From: Pecten maximus
Lineage: Eukaryota
Assembly (NCBI RefSeq): GCF_902652985.1
Contig: NC_047017.1
Coordinates: 22,444,001 to 22,508,000 of the forward strand
Reading direction: 5' to 3'
Length of the DNA: 64,000 nucleotides
Of this stretch, positions 1-14,450 are shown piece by piece. The notes under the pieces are model-generated. The model was not told the DNA's origin and made no database searches. It saw only the letters and a program-made list of their open reading frames with translations. Made by a program: the position numbers and the translations under genes. The first letter of the stretch is position 1. Every line of letters starts with the position of its first letter.

Positions 1-607
1 TAGAGGCAGTATATGTCAATACGATTGTAACACTAATGGGGAACTCTTTACACTAAGGGAACTTCGATGGGAATACTCTGTTGTCATTCCAACTGACATA
101 CTGTATATACCACCCCTCTCCCCCCCTTATCTTTTACGGACGCGCTTTATCTGCGTTATTTTGCCAACGCTTCATTACCGTTTTTACGACCTTGTGTTTG
201 TGTTCATCCTTTTCCTCTGCCCTTTTGGTGTGGAGTTGGATCTCACGAACTTTGTCAAAAAGACAACTTATAGAAAATCCAAAGTTATAGTTCTATTCAG
301 TTCATGGTTTTCCTTTGACGAGGTTTAGGCATAGCCCAGAGAAAACAGGAACTTGCTATACATCACTCAACCTCATACCTTAACCATTTTATTATACCTT
401 CGCAGACCAAAGAGATGGTAATGGAGAAAAAATGCAACCGGGATCAATTGCAATTTAAAGGCTATGGTGGTCCATATTTCAAATATTTTACAAGACAAAC
501 TGCTGGGGCTGGAATGATTTGCTATTGGTCGTCGATCAAAGCCTTGTATCGTGTCAGAAGAAAGTGCTTTTGTAAACATGTCCATCTTCAATCCGACCTT
601 TAGTGCA

Positions 608-1845
608 TTTTAGGTCACCTGTGACAAAGTCTCAAGTGACCTATTCTAATTGCCTTTTGTCCGTCGTCGTGCGTCGTCTTCTTCTCCAAAACCCCTAAAC
701 CAAATTCAATGAAATTTGGCAGGAAGCTTTTATGGCTAAAGGTCAACCAAAATTGTGAATTATATGGTCCCCACCCCCAAGGGGCCTGAGGGACGGGGCT
801 AAAAAGGGTCAAATTGACTAAAACTTCAAAAATCTTCTTCTCTACTCTCAGATATGGTGGAATCAAACACTCTTCATAGATGGAAGGGTCTTAAGGTACT
901 TTACCAAAATTGTGAATTTCATGACCCAGGGGTCTCACGTTTGCCCCGGGGGAGGGGGTAAACTTTACTATAGTTTATATAGGGAAATCACATTTTTGAC
1001 TATAATTTGTTGGATTTCTATTGGAATTCATTCTAACTTGGTTAACATTATCAGCATGTGATGACAGATTGATGGTATACACATGTTGGCCCTGACTGAC
1101 CCCCAGGGGCTGATGGGCGGGGCTAAAAAGGGTCAAATTGACTAAGCTTCAAAAATCTTCTTCTCTACTCTCAGATATGGTGGAATCAAACACTTTTCAT
1201 AGACTGAAGGGTCTTAAGGTGCTTTACCTTACCAAAATTGTGAATTTCATGACCCAGGGGTCTCACGTTTGCCCCGGGGGAGGGGGTAAACTTTACTATA
1301 GTTTATATAGGGAAATCACATTTTTGACTTTAATTTGTTGGATTTCTATTGGAATTCATTCTAACTTGGTTAACATTATCAGCATGGGATGACAGATTGA
1401 TGGTATACACATGTTGGCCCTGACTGACCCCAAGCGGCTGATGGGCGGGGCTAAAAAGGGTCAAATTGACTGAAAATTAAAAATCTTCTTTTCAAGACCC
1501 AATTAAGATAGAATCAAATACTCTTCATAGGTGGAAGGGTCTTAAGGTGCTTTACTAATGTTATGAATTTCATGACCCTGGGGTCACAAGTTTGCCCCTG
1601 GGGAGGGGGTAAATTTTACTATAGTTTATATAGGGAAATCACATTTTTGACTATTATTTGTTTGATTTCTATTGGAATTCATTCTAACTTTGTTAACATT
1701 ATCAGCATTGGATGACAGCTTAATGGTATACACCTGTTGGCCCTGACTGACCCCTAGGGGCTGATGGGTGGGCTCAAAAGGGTCAATTAGATTAACTGAA
1801 ATACTTCAAATCTCAGGTAACCGTAAAGGCCCATGGGCCTCTTGT
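608..1845 (+). mobile_element. Non-autonomous Helentron/HINE-like element (family A) with internal ~325-bp tandem repeats
   Basis: Starts TTTTAGGTCACCTG and ends CTCAGGTAACCG-TAAAGGCCCATGGGCC-TCTTGT (subterminal inverted repeat plus 3' hairpin). Has a (CGT)n/CGTC microsatellite at ~660-680 and about 3 internal units (AAAAGGGTCAA at ~800, 1127, 1455, 1777). A near-identical inverted copy is at 27249-29281. Confidence 0.8.
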
Positions 1846-2222
1846 ATTTCTTTATACTTGACCGCATTAATTAATATGACAGCTGTCAATCTCGTTTATA
1901 CTCTGGGCGCAATGGCTACCACAAGATAATTGCTTTCAGCTATAATCGCAACTTTCTCATGATTTCATCAAATCCCTTGGATTTATCAGAAAATTACGTC
2001 CTTAAGTAAGCAACTTTTGAATGTCAAACAAATGAGAAATGATTTAAAAAATACAACTAACACCAATAACATTGTTTTCGAATGCATATGTGGGTAATGG
2101 TAAAAGACAAAGGAAAATTATTATTGATGGATTATAACTGTTGTCATGTTTTGTTAGAAGCTTAGAAAATCTATGAACTTTTTGGGTTAAAACCATATGT
2201 TCATCTGTGTTTATTTATATAG

Positions 2223-5200
2223 GTGTCGATCAGATGGGGCTTGTATGGAGCATGCGCCAGATTCCAGGTCAGAGGCCAGGGCTACGTCTTAATAAAAAAG
2301 AGGTAACCACAGAACAGGTGATAAAGTTTGAAGTCTTTAGTGAGCATCGCACTTTCGAACATCTCCACGAGATTCCAGTTTTACCGCTGTCTACGACTGA
2401 GGTCCTTCGGTGGTACAAGAGCAAGGACGTGAAGCGGATTCCTGTGGAAGTGGGAAACATCCGAGGCATGCTGTTTATACCCCCGGGTAGGAGTTAGAAC
2501 TCATAATGATATTCTTAGAATATACATGTTCTGTATAATGGCCTCTGCACTAAAATGCCTTGTAGTTTCAATATTTCTCTCATTTTTACTCTAATCCTAG
2601 TCACACAGTACAATATGTTTCATTATTCATTTAGATAGATCTTGGTCGTATCACCTAAATATAAACATATTAACTAAATAAACTCGTAAAACAATTCAGT
2701 TAATGATAAGGTACAATATACAGGTAACGGTACAAGTTACTGTAATCAAAAGGTAGACTTTAAAACAGCTAACAAATATTTGAATTTATACGAAGGCCCT
2801 GGACCATTCCCTGGAGTGATGGACTTGTTTGGCTCAGCGGGTGGGCTGATTGAGTTCCGCGCCTCCCTTTTGGCCTCCAATGGCTTCGTCGTGTTAGCGC
2901 TGGCTTTCTTTGGGTACAAGGACCTGCCGGAGTCTTTTACTGACTTTAACAGTATCGACTATGTTAAGGTAAATACGAGATTGTATGTAGTGAATTCGGT
3001 AGGTTTTTATCAAATATATTTCATATACATCTTATACCGTAGAACAATATGAACTGCCAATCTACATATAATGGAACGAATTCTGACTGGGTACCAATAC
3101 TTCTGATCTTTTCTCCTGCCTGCTTCACATACTTTTCATAGCTATGGCAATTCTGTTTGGCACGGGTTTGGTTCCTTATAGAATAAGTATACTAAGTCTT
3201 TTTGAAAACAAAATCCGGATCCCTGCCGTCTTGTTTCATTTACATGCACAAAATTTGCTTGCGAACACCAATATGCAGATGAAACGGTATTTTAAACTCA
3301 AAATCTACGCAGCTGGGAGTTAACTTAGGAAAACAAAAAGTAGATTTTTTACTGGACTCTTAGAATATGGTCATCACTTCTGAAAGGGTATGACAGACGA
3401 CAACCCCGTGAAAGTTCAGATTGACTCTAAATGACACTTATGATGTCATAATGTTGCAGATTTTGTTTCATACAAATAAAAACAATGATTTCCACTTCGC
3501 CTATGCCAATTAAATGTTTTTTACTAGTTAGGTTGTCAAGAGTTTTCCCAACTGAAATCAGGTTTAGTACTTGTGCATATGCACTGCTCATGAATATCTT
3601 TTGCTGGACTAAAGCCGGAAGTTCTTACAAAAGGTATCGTATATGCGCAAAAAACCTGTTGATATATCAATATTACTCGACACTAGCATTTCTGTCTCTG
3701 CATACATATTGCAATCAAAATTATAACTGTTATTACATTTCATCTAAATTAATCTGAATTTGGTATAATTGCAATTGGTATATCGCGAATACGTATTGGA
3801 ACTGGGTTACAATGAAGTTAAATGAAAGTATATGATTTTTTCTTTGTGTAGGATGGCGTTCAATATCTAAATGATCACCCCAGTGTTCTAACGGGTGGAG
3901 TAGGGATCATTGGTGTGTCTAAGGGAGCCGAAATAGCACAGTTGGTTGCATTGCATTGTCCACAGGTAAATGTCATTTGCGCATGCACATTCGGCTTGTG
4001 TAACATTTCATTTGAAGATTTTAACACATTTTTCTCCTATGACTTTGAAAGAAACAAAATTGAAAACCCTTCATCGAAACACGCTTTTGACCCAACGTCG
4101 TGATCTTGTGTCGTTTGGTTGAGAACATCCATTAGAACAAAGCTGGTTGTCCTTTCTGGTCCAGTATTATGACTTGGCCTTGGCTTCTTTATTATCGATA
4201 TGTCATTTCCAGGAAAATTTTGACGGACGCCGGAAGCATTACTACATCATAAACTTATAACCTCTTTGGGCATCTGAGGTTAACATACCTTGCATACCTC
4301 ACAACACAATCGTTTTAAACTGGGTCACTGTTCAATCAATTATGCTATGTATAATCGTCATGTTTTACACTGAGTAGGAAGCTAACATTCGTACATCTGT
4401 TCCAGGTGAAAGCGGTCGTCAGCATCAACGGTATTCCATACGTCACAGTACTCCCGTACAGCCACGGCGATGATATGATTCCAGTCGTGAATAGGTAGTA
4501 TCACTAAATATGTGTTTAGTGACCACACGACTTCATATTTTTAGTATTCACTCGTGGTGTCATCCTCGTAATACATGTTCTTGTAAATGCATTATCTATC
4601 AAATCCTTTAGATCGACCCATTTTGACGCTGAACGTAGCATCAAATAATTTCATTGTCAAAACACTGGATTGTGTAGTTAACAGTTAATGGTACATTGTG
4701 ATATTCATTTCCTAATCCATCTGTTTACAAAAACACACCGTTGGCCATAATGTTTGAAATACGAAGCCGAAAAAGTCATGACACTAAAGGGATCTTCTCA
4801 AACACCATTCAGTATTGCGTTACGACAAGGCCTAGTTAGCGTACTCAACACTATGTTCAGTACTGTGTTACGACAAGGCCTAGTTAGCGTAATTTGTGTC
4901 TGGATGAGGTCAGTGGTCGTACTGCAGTGTCAATGTATGATTGTCCAGTATGATGGCATTAAAATGACTGTTATTGGTGAGATAATCCATTGTTAATGTG
5001 TATTATTGGTGAGATAATCTATTGTTAATGTGTATTATTGGTGAGATAATCTATTGTTAATGTGTATTATTGGTGAGATAATCTATTGTTAATGTGTATT
5101 ATTGGTGAGATAATCTATTGTTAATGTGTATTATTGGTGAGATAATCCATTGTTAATGTGTATTATTGGTGAGATAATCCATTGTTAATGTGTATTATTG

Positions 5201-8200
5201 GTGAGATAATCCATTGTTAATGTGTATTATTGGTGAGATAATCTATGGTTAATGTGTATTATTGGTGAGATAATCTATTGTTAATGTGTATTATTGGTGA
5301 GATAATCCATTGTTAATGTGTATTATTGGTGAGATAATCCATTGTTAATGTGTATTATTGGTGAGATAATCTATGGTTAATGTGTATTATTGGTGAGATA
5401 ATCAATTGTTAATGTGTATTATTGGTGAGATAATCCATTGTTAATGTGTATTATTGGTGAGATAATCCATTGTTAATGTGTATTATTGGTGAGATAATCC
5501 ATTGTTAATGTGTATTATTGGTGAGATAATCTATTGTTAATGTGTATTATTAGTAAGATAATATATTGTTAATGTGTATTATTGGTGAGATAATCTATTG
5601 TTAATGTGTATTATTGGTGAGATAATCTATTGTTAATGTGTATTATTGGCATCAGCAGTTTTACCGACAGTAATTTGATTGTCTATTGATTTGTTTGTCA
5701 TCTTCATTCACTTTTGGCGAGAAAACATGAAATCGTATCAAGATTAAAAAAAGCTGATATGAAATGATAGTGAATGTGTATTTCAATGCTAATTGGAGCC
5801 CTGCGAAAGCATATTTTTCCAGAATAGAAAATAAACAGAATATGATTATGTAAATATGTGAATAAATTGGCCTGTATTGGCGTGTATTTACAACGTTTTG
5901 AGATAGCAAAATCATTAACTCACATGACAACTGAAAACGCTTAGTGAAACAAGAGAAAAGTCGCATGTGGAACTATCGGGGCGTCACAGTGCAAGACAAA
6001 ATGACTTTGAGTATACATAACTAGTTTTGCATGTTAAAGAGATAAGCTCAAGAAAATGGTGTTTTCACAAATATTTGCAACATTCTTACTATTTCAAGTG
6101 AGATTTTTAATCCTGTCGCGATTTTCTAGTTCGCATAAAGAGAACTATTCCCAGATTTGGTCCATCAATGAAATGTACAATATATTTTGAAAATACATGT
6201 ATGATATATGTTATATTGGAAGTGTGTCGTTTTCGTTAAAAGTGTACGATTGATTGGAAATGCTGAATGCTAAATTTGAAAATGCAAACAATTAAGACAT
6301 AGACACATAACTAATCAGGTGTCCAAAATTGAACTGAAATATCTACAATGTCTGTTTTCAGTTTTGATTATTCTGGTACTGACTACACGGATGAAGGACT
6401 AGTAATGAAATACGCCTATATTATCGATAATGCCGGAATGTTTGAGGTATGTACAAGAGATATGTACAATATGACTGATACATCTGTTGGAGTGTGACGG
6501 GATATTTGTTGTCTTTAACCTACCTGAAATATATCTACCGAACACTGCCAGGTTTTTTAAGGTGGCCAGGTCTTACCTTCCACTTAGGTGGCCGGGATTC
6601 GATTCCCTGATCTGACGTGAAAAGGTATGGGGTCAACTGCCCGACCATGTGGGTTTTCCCTAGGTACTCCGGTTTCCTCCCACAGTAAAACCCATCGCGC
6701 GCTTCCATCCGGGCCAACAAGCGTGGTTAATATAGGTTGATATAACTTGTTTTGCAATTGTAAAATAAATCAAATTTATATTTACATTGGATCTCAGGTG
6801 ATGGTACAACATTATGTGACTTACATAAGTTTGTATTGGTCATCCTGGATGTTGTTATATCCTAGGTTACTAACACGATGGGAGAACTTGAGGGGCCTAA
6901 GTCAAAGATAAGTCTAAAAGCCTCCAATTTTTTTATACAAAAATGGTCCTTGACGTTTAACATGGAATTTGGAATGTTGAAAATCCGTAGCTAATGGATA
7001 AGGTTCTGCGTTAGGCAACCATGATTTCTGAGGTCTATATATGTAGAGCTCTAGGATACATGTTGTTGAATGGTATGCGAGATATAGGCAGATCGTGTAG
7101 AATACTAGTTGCATTTTTGACGTGTATAAATATGAAAATTCTCTATACCCTTCACGAATTCGTACCTTATGTTTTGAATATTATGTTATCAACAAAAAAT
7201 TGTTTTCCTATCGTTTTGATTTTCTCGGCGATACACTTCGGAAAGGTTTCCCATAACAATATCAATCGATAACATAAGATATGAAGAAAATAATTGTTTC
7301 TAAAGCATTATTGTTGGTATAGAGAATATACTACATATTGTTTTCACGTGTAACTGATTATATAATGCGATTGATTATTTGTTCTTTTGATTGAGGAGAT
7401 ATCTTCAATCGTGTTCTCTCGAAATAAGACATTAAAGAGACCACTAGTAAATACTTAAAGTGCATTGTTTTCTTCAGTTGTGGAATACGGACGTGAAACT
7501 CCTGAATATATGTAGTGGCGACGATTGCACTGTCCCATCGGAACTACAACAACTCCAATACGACACCTACCCAGAAGACAAGAAACAGAATATAGAACTT
7601 GTAGTGTACCATGGAGCTGGACATTTAATTGAACCGCCATATTCTCCGTTATGTAGATCGTCTTACCATAAGGCCATGGGTAAGTATATCCACACCATAA
7701 GGCCATGGGTAAATATATCCACACCATAAGACCATGGGTAAGTATATCCACACCATAAGGCCATGGGTAAATATATCCACACCATAAGACAATGGGTAAG
7801 TATATTCACACAATAAGACCATGGGTAAGTATATCCACACCATAAGGCATATGTGAGTAAAGCCACACCATAAGACCATGGGTAAGTATATCCACACCAT
7901 AAACCATGGGTAAGTATATCCACACCATAAGCCATATGTGAGTAAAGCCACACCATAAGACCATGGGTAAGTATATCCACACCATAAGACCATGGGTAAG
8001 TGTATCCACACCATAAGCCATGGGTAAGTATATCCACACCATAAGACCATGGGTAAGTATATCCACACCATGAAGCCATGGGTAAGTATATCCACACCAT
8101 AAGACCATGGGTAAGTATATCCACACCATAAGACCATGGGTAAGTATAGCCACACCATAAGACAATGGGTAAGTATATCCACACCATAAGACCATGGGTA

Positions 8201-10562
8201 AGTATATTCACACAATAAGACCATGGGTAAGTATATCCACACCATAAACCATATGTGAGTAAAGCCACACCATAAGGCCATGGGTAAGTATATCCACACC
8301 ATAAGGCCATGGGTAAGTATATCCACACCATGAAGCCATGGGTAAGTATATCCACACCATAAGCCATATGTGAGTAAAGCCACACCATAAGACCATGGGT
8401 AAGTATATCCACACCATAAGACCATGGGTAAGTATATCCACACCATAAACCATATGTGAGTAAAGCCACACCATAAGACCATGGGTAAGTATATCCACAC
8501 CATAAGACCATGGGTAAGTATATACACACCATAAGGCCATGGGTAAATATATCCACACCATAAGACAATGGGTAAGTATATTCACACAATAAGACCATGG
8601 GTAAGTGAAGCCACACCATAAGCCATATGTGAGTAAAGCCACACCATAAGACCATGGGTAAGTATATCCACACCATAAGACCATGGGTAAGTATATCCAC
8701 ACCATAAACCATATGTGAGTAAAGCTACACCATAAGGCCATGGGTAAGTATATCCACACCATAAAGCCATGGGTAAGTATATCCACACCATAAACTATGG
8801 GTAAGTATATCCACACCATAAGCCATATGTGAGTAAAGCCACACCATAAGACCATGGGTAAGTATATCCACACCATAAGACCATGGGTAAGTATATCCAC
8901 ACCATAAGCCATATGTGAGTAAAGCCACACCATAAGACCATGGGTAAGTATATCCACACCATAAGCCATATGTGAGTAAAGCCACACCATAAGACCATGG
9001 GTAAGTATATCCACACCATAAGACCATGGGTAAGTATATCCACACCATAAGCCATATGTGAGTAAAGCCACACCATAAGACCATGGGTAAGTATATCCAC
9101 ACCATAAGACCATGGGTAAGTATATCCACACCATAAGACCATGGGTAAGTATAGCCACACCATAAACCATATGTGAGTAAAGCCACACCATAAGGCCATG
9201 GGTAAGTACATCCACACCATAAACCATGGGTAAGTATATCCACACCATAAGCCATATGTGAGTAAAGCCACACCATAAAGTAATGGGTAAGTGAAGCCAC
9301 ACCATATAGCTACATCATCAAGCTATTGGTAAGTATAGTAATACAATCAAGTCATGGGTAAGTATAGCAACACTATCAAGTCACGGGTAGGTAAAACCAC
9401 ACCATGAAGTCATGGGTAAGTATAGCTACTCCATAAAGCCATGTTTAATTATTTTATTTTCATTTCATTTTAAGCCTTTCCACAACCATCGTTGATACTC
9501 CAAGGGTTACAATTACATACGCTTAGATAGCAAGTGATCGTAACCCTTGGTTATCGACGATGCTCCATAACACACGCGGATAACCGCGGATAATTTCATG
9601 ATCATCCGTGAATCGGTATAAGATACTGAGTCTTTTCTTTGATAATCGGTTTTCTGCATCCTTCCATATTTGATGTTAAATTTACATCTAATGGTGATAG
9701 TCGTGCGTGTGTTTTAATACAACTCTCTATACTACCAATATATGTAGACGCATTGCAGTAGAGTCATAGAGGAACATACCATCCAAACACTCAGGCCAGA
9801 AAATCCTATGGTGTAACTATGTACATAAAACCAACACATATATGTCGTTGATCTTTCCTCTAAATACGAGGGACACTGTTGTCTAGTAATATGTCCAAAT
9901 CAGATACTTAGTACATTGAACCTGTACTTGTAATGAACTTCGGTTGATCAAACATCACTTTGTCCAAAGATTTACAAATTACAGGTTCAACGTCTATACA
10001 TCAACTTTTTATGATAACTTGTGCAATGCTTTGTAATATTTTCAGGACATAAACAGGGCCTTGACGAAGACCCTGCCTCTTTCAGAACACCCAGGATCAG
10101 TTTCATCCATACGCCTTAACTTTAGGACATTTCTTAATTCCATAGGAAAGCTTTACCGAATTTTAGGAAGGTTTCTCAGTTAAGACTTTTCCCTTCAATT
10201 CAAAAATCCCTTCAATTCAAAAATACTTCCCTTTGGATTTTTTAAGTGAAGGCACGTTGATGAAACCGGTTCATTGTCTTATTCTCCAGGTACGTCGTGA
10301 AGGGTCGCCATGCAAATCTATATATATTTCTTTCGTTTTATCGATCTTGATTAAGAAGTATGGTTCCATGGTTATTTCGGTATTCTATGCTGTTGTAATT
10401 AATATCATATGTTTCTGCTTTTCAGGAACAAACATAGTATGGGGTGGAAACTTTCGGGATCATGCCTATGCTCAGGAAGACTCCTGGAAACGGATAAAAG
10501 ACTTTTTTGGAAATAATCTTCCAAAACATTCCAGTGATGTACGACTATCTAGTCGCTTATGA
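2223..10562 (+). CDS. ACOT: Type-I acyl-CoA thioesterase / BAAT-family alpha/beta hydrolase, gene 1 (5'-partial; first coding exon(s) upstream of window); predicted peroxisomal
   Basis: Exons 2223-2486, 2796-2968, 3852-3965, 4406-4494, 6362-6446, 7478-7679 and 10426-10562 are all AG/GT-bounded and phase-compatible. Motifs: [28 protein letters not shown], nucleophile GVSKG, acid [30 protein letters not shown]. Ends SSRL*. The symbol denotes the family, not a one-to-one orthologue. Confidence 0.92.
4969..5650. repeat. 32-bp minisatellite, ~21 copies (intron of gene 1)
   Basis: Unit TGTGTATTATTGGTGAGATAATC(C/T)ATTGTTAA, highly homogeneous. Confidence 0.95.
6575..6785 (+). mobile_element. 5'-truncated tRNA-derived SINE fragment
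   Basis: B-box-like GGATTCGATTCCC followed by GGTTTTCCCTAGGTACTCCGGTTTCCTCCCACA, a conserved central-domain motif of metazoan SINEs, then an AT-rich tail. Confidence 0.65.
7666..9440 (+). repeat. 28/29-bp minisatellite derived from the exon end and 5' splice site of gene 1 (~55-60 units)
   Basis: Unit A ACCATAAG(A/G)CCATGG|GTAAGTATATCCAC; unit B ACCATAAGCCATAT|GTGAGTAAAGCCAC. The first unit overlaps codons Y-H-K-A-M-G and the true donor at 7680. Units degenerate after ~9305. Confidence 0.95.
9488..9561. repeat. Short imperfect palindrome (MITE-like)
   Basis: CATCGTTGATA..CCAAGGGTTACAATTAC pairs with GTGATCGTAACCCTTGGTTATCGACGATG. Confidence 0.55.
10096..10272. mobile_element. MITE with ~28-bp imperfect terminal inverted repeats
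   Basis: GATCAGTTTCATCCATACGCCTTAACTT matches the reverse complement of AAGTGAAGGCACGTTGATGAAACCGGTTC. Confidence 0.55.
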
Positions 10563-12096
10563 CCCATTCCAATGCAGAATTCACACTGATTATTGTGAAG
10601 GATTATCACATCCAATTTCCCTTATTTGTGATAAAGTATTCGGTTAACTTTATCGCATCAGTTACGAAGAAATTGCTACTAAGGCGAAGTTCTATATTCT
10701 ATCTTTTATTTATAAAAACCTTGTGAAAGAATTCCAGATATCGGGTGTACTATCTTACTCTTTCAGTGTTATATATACATGATAAGTAACGGAATATTGT
10801 ATCCAATACATCCTACATAATCTTAGCTTACGTATATACACCAGATTTAATGGGTTACCTAATCCGTTGTTATTTATTGAAAGCAAATGTGGATATATAC
10901 GTCCAGTTCTAAATAAAGCAAATATAGACATGTTAAAAAACCAATACATTTAACAAACTTTTCAATCATTCATCTCCTCAGTAATACAAGGTATGTGGAA
11001 TTGTATGTATACTGCATCGACATACAATGTATAATGGCTTTATCATTTTAGTGGAAGATATCTATTGACGTTTGTTACCTTTGTACTAAGTAGACGCACA
11101 GTAGTTTAGTTCTCAAGGTGTTGACAATTCTTTGTGACATATAGAATATATCCTTACCTAGAGGGTGTGACAAAAAGAGATAAACTTGAGGGATGAGCTT
11201 TTTTGTTTGTCTAACACGCGAATCCGCCGAGTGCTTCACTTTCAATATTAAATTATACCGAGGATTAAGATTCCCATGTCATGTCCGTCCTTTAAGTATG
11301 AAAACAGTATTTTTCCCCACCTATAAAATGTAATTTTTGGTTCCCAAGTACATTGTAAGATTAGTATACGCTTATTTAGAAAAGTTCTGTAGTTAAAAAT
11401 ACAATGATATTATCTAATTAAATGAAAAAGCATCATATTTTATAAACCAATTGAATACTTACTACAGAATATAAATTATATATATATAATTACCTACTGT
11501 GTATGCTTCGGCCATATACGAATGACTCTTTTCACTCATCTACTGGTTCTTAAGTGGCTTTCTGACTGTTCGAATATTTATAATATTTTCGAAGAAAAGA
11601 GTCTTTTACTTTTAAGGTATTTATTTATTTCGCCTGTTTATTCACCCTAGAAAACAACAAAAATCAGAACCCCTTGAAAACAATTGTTTAAAAAGTTCTT
11701 CTCTAGAGATTTACACGTCACTGACATTCATTACCTAAAATACATTCAACACAATTAGTATGTTAGTTGAATCCTGGAATGTACATGTACGGAAGTTAGA
11801 AACCTCTCATTTGGAGAAAGTGTGAGCAAACTAAAAATGACATTAAAGTCTACATATAATGCTCTATATGGGATAATAAAACCTTTAACAATTGTAAGAT
11901 ATTCCAAATAAAGTTGCCTTCATTTTCATATCTGAAGCAATTGCAGTTAATTGGCCTTTGGATAGAATAGGAAACAACATCATTACAAAACCAATAATAT
12001 TAAGATTCATTGTCAGTACTTCAATGTTGAAATTTTATGAACACCCAAATACGGAGTTATTCGTATCCATATGGTTATAACGACATGCCACCTAGT

Positions 12097-12185
12097 TTGT
12101 TTTATTTTGGAGGGTTATCGATCAACTTGTTTTATTTTGGAGGGTTATCGATCAACTTGTTTTATTTTGGAGGGTTATCGATCAA
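12097..12185. repeat. 30-bp tandem repeat x3
   Basis: TTGTTTTATTTTGGAGGGTTATCGATCAAC, three essentially perfect copies. Confidence 0.9.
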
Positions 12186-14277
12186 TGTAAAATTATTGAG
12201 ACGTTGATGAGGCTCCTCAGCATGTCCTACCTGTATCAGAACGATATATAACACCGTCAAGCTCCGATTTTAAACTTTTGATAGCAAATGTTATCATTAT
12301 ATTGGCATCCCATAATACTCAAACTACATGAAACTCAACCTGAAGTTGGCGGTACATGCGGTAAAAATATTTGACTACATCGCAGAAAGCAAATTCTTCT
12401 TTCACGTTAACATGTATCATACGGTGCTATTCTACAATATTTTTTTTACTTTTGCCATACTGTCCGACATGTTATGGTGGGTGATTGGACTTCAAACACA
12501 CGTGATCAATGTATACAATATCTGCATCATCTGTATTTCTTCATGTGAAATAGAGCCTACCATCAGATATACAGTTATGTGTTTCAACCTGTGTGTTTGC
12601 TATGACCGATCTGAGTATGCTACCTTTAACATTGTTTTGTGAACGTCTTTTAAATTTGTCCGAAATGACTGTCGAATGTTCATGTCTTCCGCGATACTCC
12701 AGGAGTTACGATCTCGCACTAATTGTTTGTACGTACGCTCTATCATGTACCTCTACTGAAGTATCCCTCAGCTCCCAAGTGATAACACATGTACATTAGT
12801 ACACGATTCCTACAGTGATCATACATTTCAAAAGTGGTGGCGTTGCTGCAGTGTTCATATAATGAACGCGCAGTGACACGTGCGTACATGTAATATCATA
12901 TAAACTAGCTTGTACATAATGTACATGTATTTCGTTGTTTATATGAACATCCCGTTACCATGTTAGCCAGTGAATACATGTATATTTCGTTGTTCATAGG
13001 ATAAACATCCCATTACACTGTTAGTTATTTTAGACATGCGAACATAACCAAATGCACATTAAACTATCTGTACCTTATTAAGACTATATATTGTACATGA
13101 AAACAATTGGATTATTGTCATTTTGACGTTGATGCTGCCATATGTGTGTAACATGAAATTGTTTAGCACTAATATTTAAAAAAGCAAATTTGAGAAAATA
13201 ATGCAATATTTGACAGTGCCAGCTTTATTGATATATAAGTAATAGTAAATTTAATAAACTTTTAATTTCACCATTGTTGGGTTATTTATATTTTATATGT
13301 CCATCGTATTGTTATTCATGTTAACGCCTACTAAATTAAAGTGTCCTGTCCGGATCCTGATTTTCATTCGTTGGCATTATGTGTAAACAATTATTATTTT
13401 CATCGTCTTCGTAGAAATGGCAGGGCTGGATTTTGGCGAAATTTGGCGGAAGTAATTATCTGTACAAATAAGGGAATTGGAATCTGTGCTCAACAAGAGC
13501 GCTGATGCCCGGCTGGAAAGCGAGGCCTAGAGAGTGCATTTACTATTAGATAGTCCTTAATTTTACTGTGTATTCGATATTTGTTCAGTCTCAGAGGAAC
13601 TGGAGAAGGGTTCAAAAGTGTCTGTTACATCATCTCAAAGTTATTTTTTGTTTGTTTTGTTTTTAAAGACAAGTCTCTGCCAAATGACCTTTACAATGTT
13701 GGGATCAATATGTACAAGAAAGTTGTTTACCCTCTCCGTCATGGACTGGGGTATCTATAAAATGTATCAGTCAATGATTAACAAAGAGATATAATAAATA
13801 ACTAGGCAATAACATGTCCCATTGCATGCCAACTGAAACCCACATCTGCAAGACCCAAAAGTATTCCTTCAGTCACAGGGGCTTGGCAAGTCCCTGTGCT
13901 TACAGCTATTAATGTTGATATATGTATAAATGAAAGTGAGATCGTAAGTAGGTTTAAAAGTGAAAAGTTCGACACTTCACTAATGACTACATGTACCTCT
14001 GTGCGTTATGTGTACATACGGACATGGTACAGCAGGCAATCTTGTAACAATGGGAACATCAACAACAAGTTACTACCACTTGTACGATACGATGTTCGAA
14101 TGCATCAACTGTCCGGGTACATCGTAGGACAAAAATGTCGCCAAACCAGGATATGTTCTTGTTGAACATGTGTTAAACAGAAAATGATGAGCGACGAACC
14201 TGCATGAGCGAAAATTGTAATCAGTGATATACATGTAGTAATCAAATCAGTAGCGTACATGTAGCTTAGAGATTTTG

Positions 14278-14450
14278 GTTTATTTTGTTAAACGAACTAT
14301 TGACAGCTAGGATCATTTTAACGACGTGCCAGGTTTGGAGGTGGAGGAAAGCCGGAGTACCCCGATAAAAACCACCGGCCTGTGGTCAGTACCTGGCAAC
14401 TGCCTCATGTAGGTTTCGAACTGGTAAGAGGGCTATAGTGATAAAGTGTC
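14278..14450 (-). mobile_element. tRNA-derived SINE, truncated, same family as 18837-19073
   Basis: The reverse complement matches the 18.9-kb SINE (GTTCGAAACCTAC..GAGGCAGTTGCCAGGTACTGACC..CCACCTCCAAACCTGGCA). Confidence 0.75.

Noticed and set aside
130-605. Possible decayed Crypton/tyrosine-recombinase coding fragment on the minus strand, or the missing first exon of gene 1
   Set aside because: Only vague motif resemblance with many stops, and no similarity to the N-terminal exon of gene 2. A translated search would be needed.
615-1392. ORFs within the HINE copies (also 27405-29390 and 15060-15983)
   Set aside because: Translations of non-coding internal satellite units; no Rep/helicase or other domain motifs.
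4969-5650. CRISPR-like appearance of the 29-35-bp repeats (also at 7.7, 24.5 and 57.6 kb)
   Set aside because: Head-to-tail units without unique spacers, no cas genes, and a eukaryotic intron context.
7649-9305. Long minus-strand ORFs (up to 365 aa) rich in W/Y/G/M
   Set aside because: They are translations of the 28/29-bp minisatellite. All three frames give the same cycling peptides, antisense to an intron.
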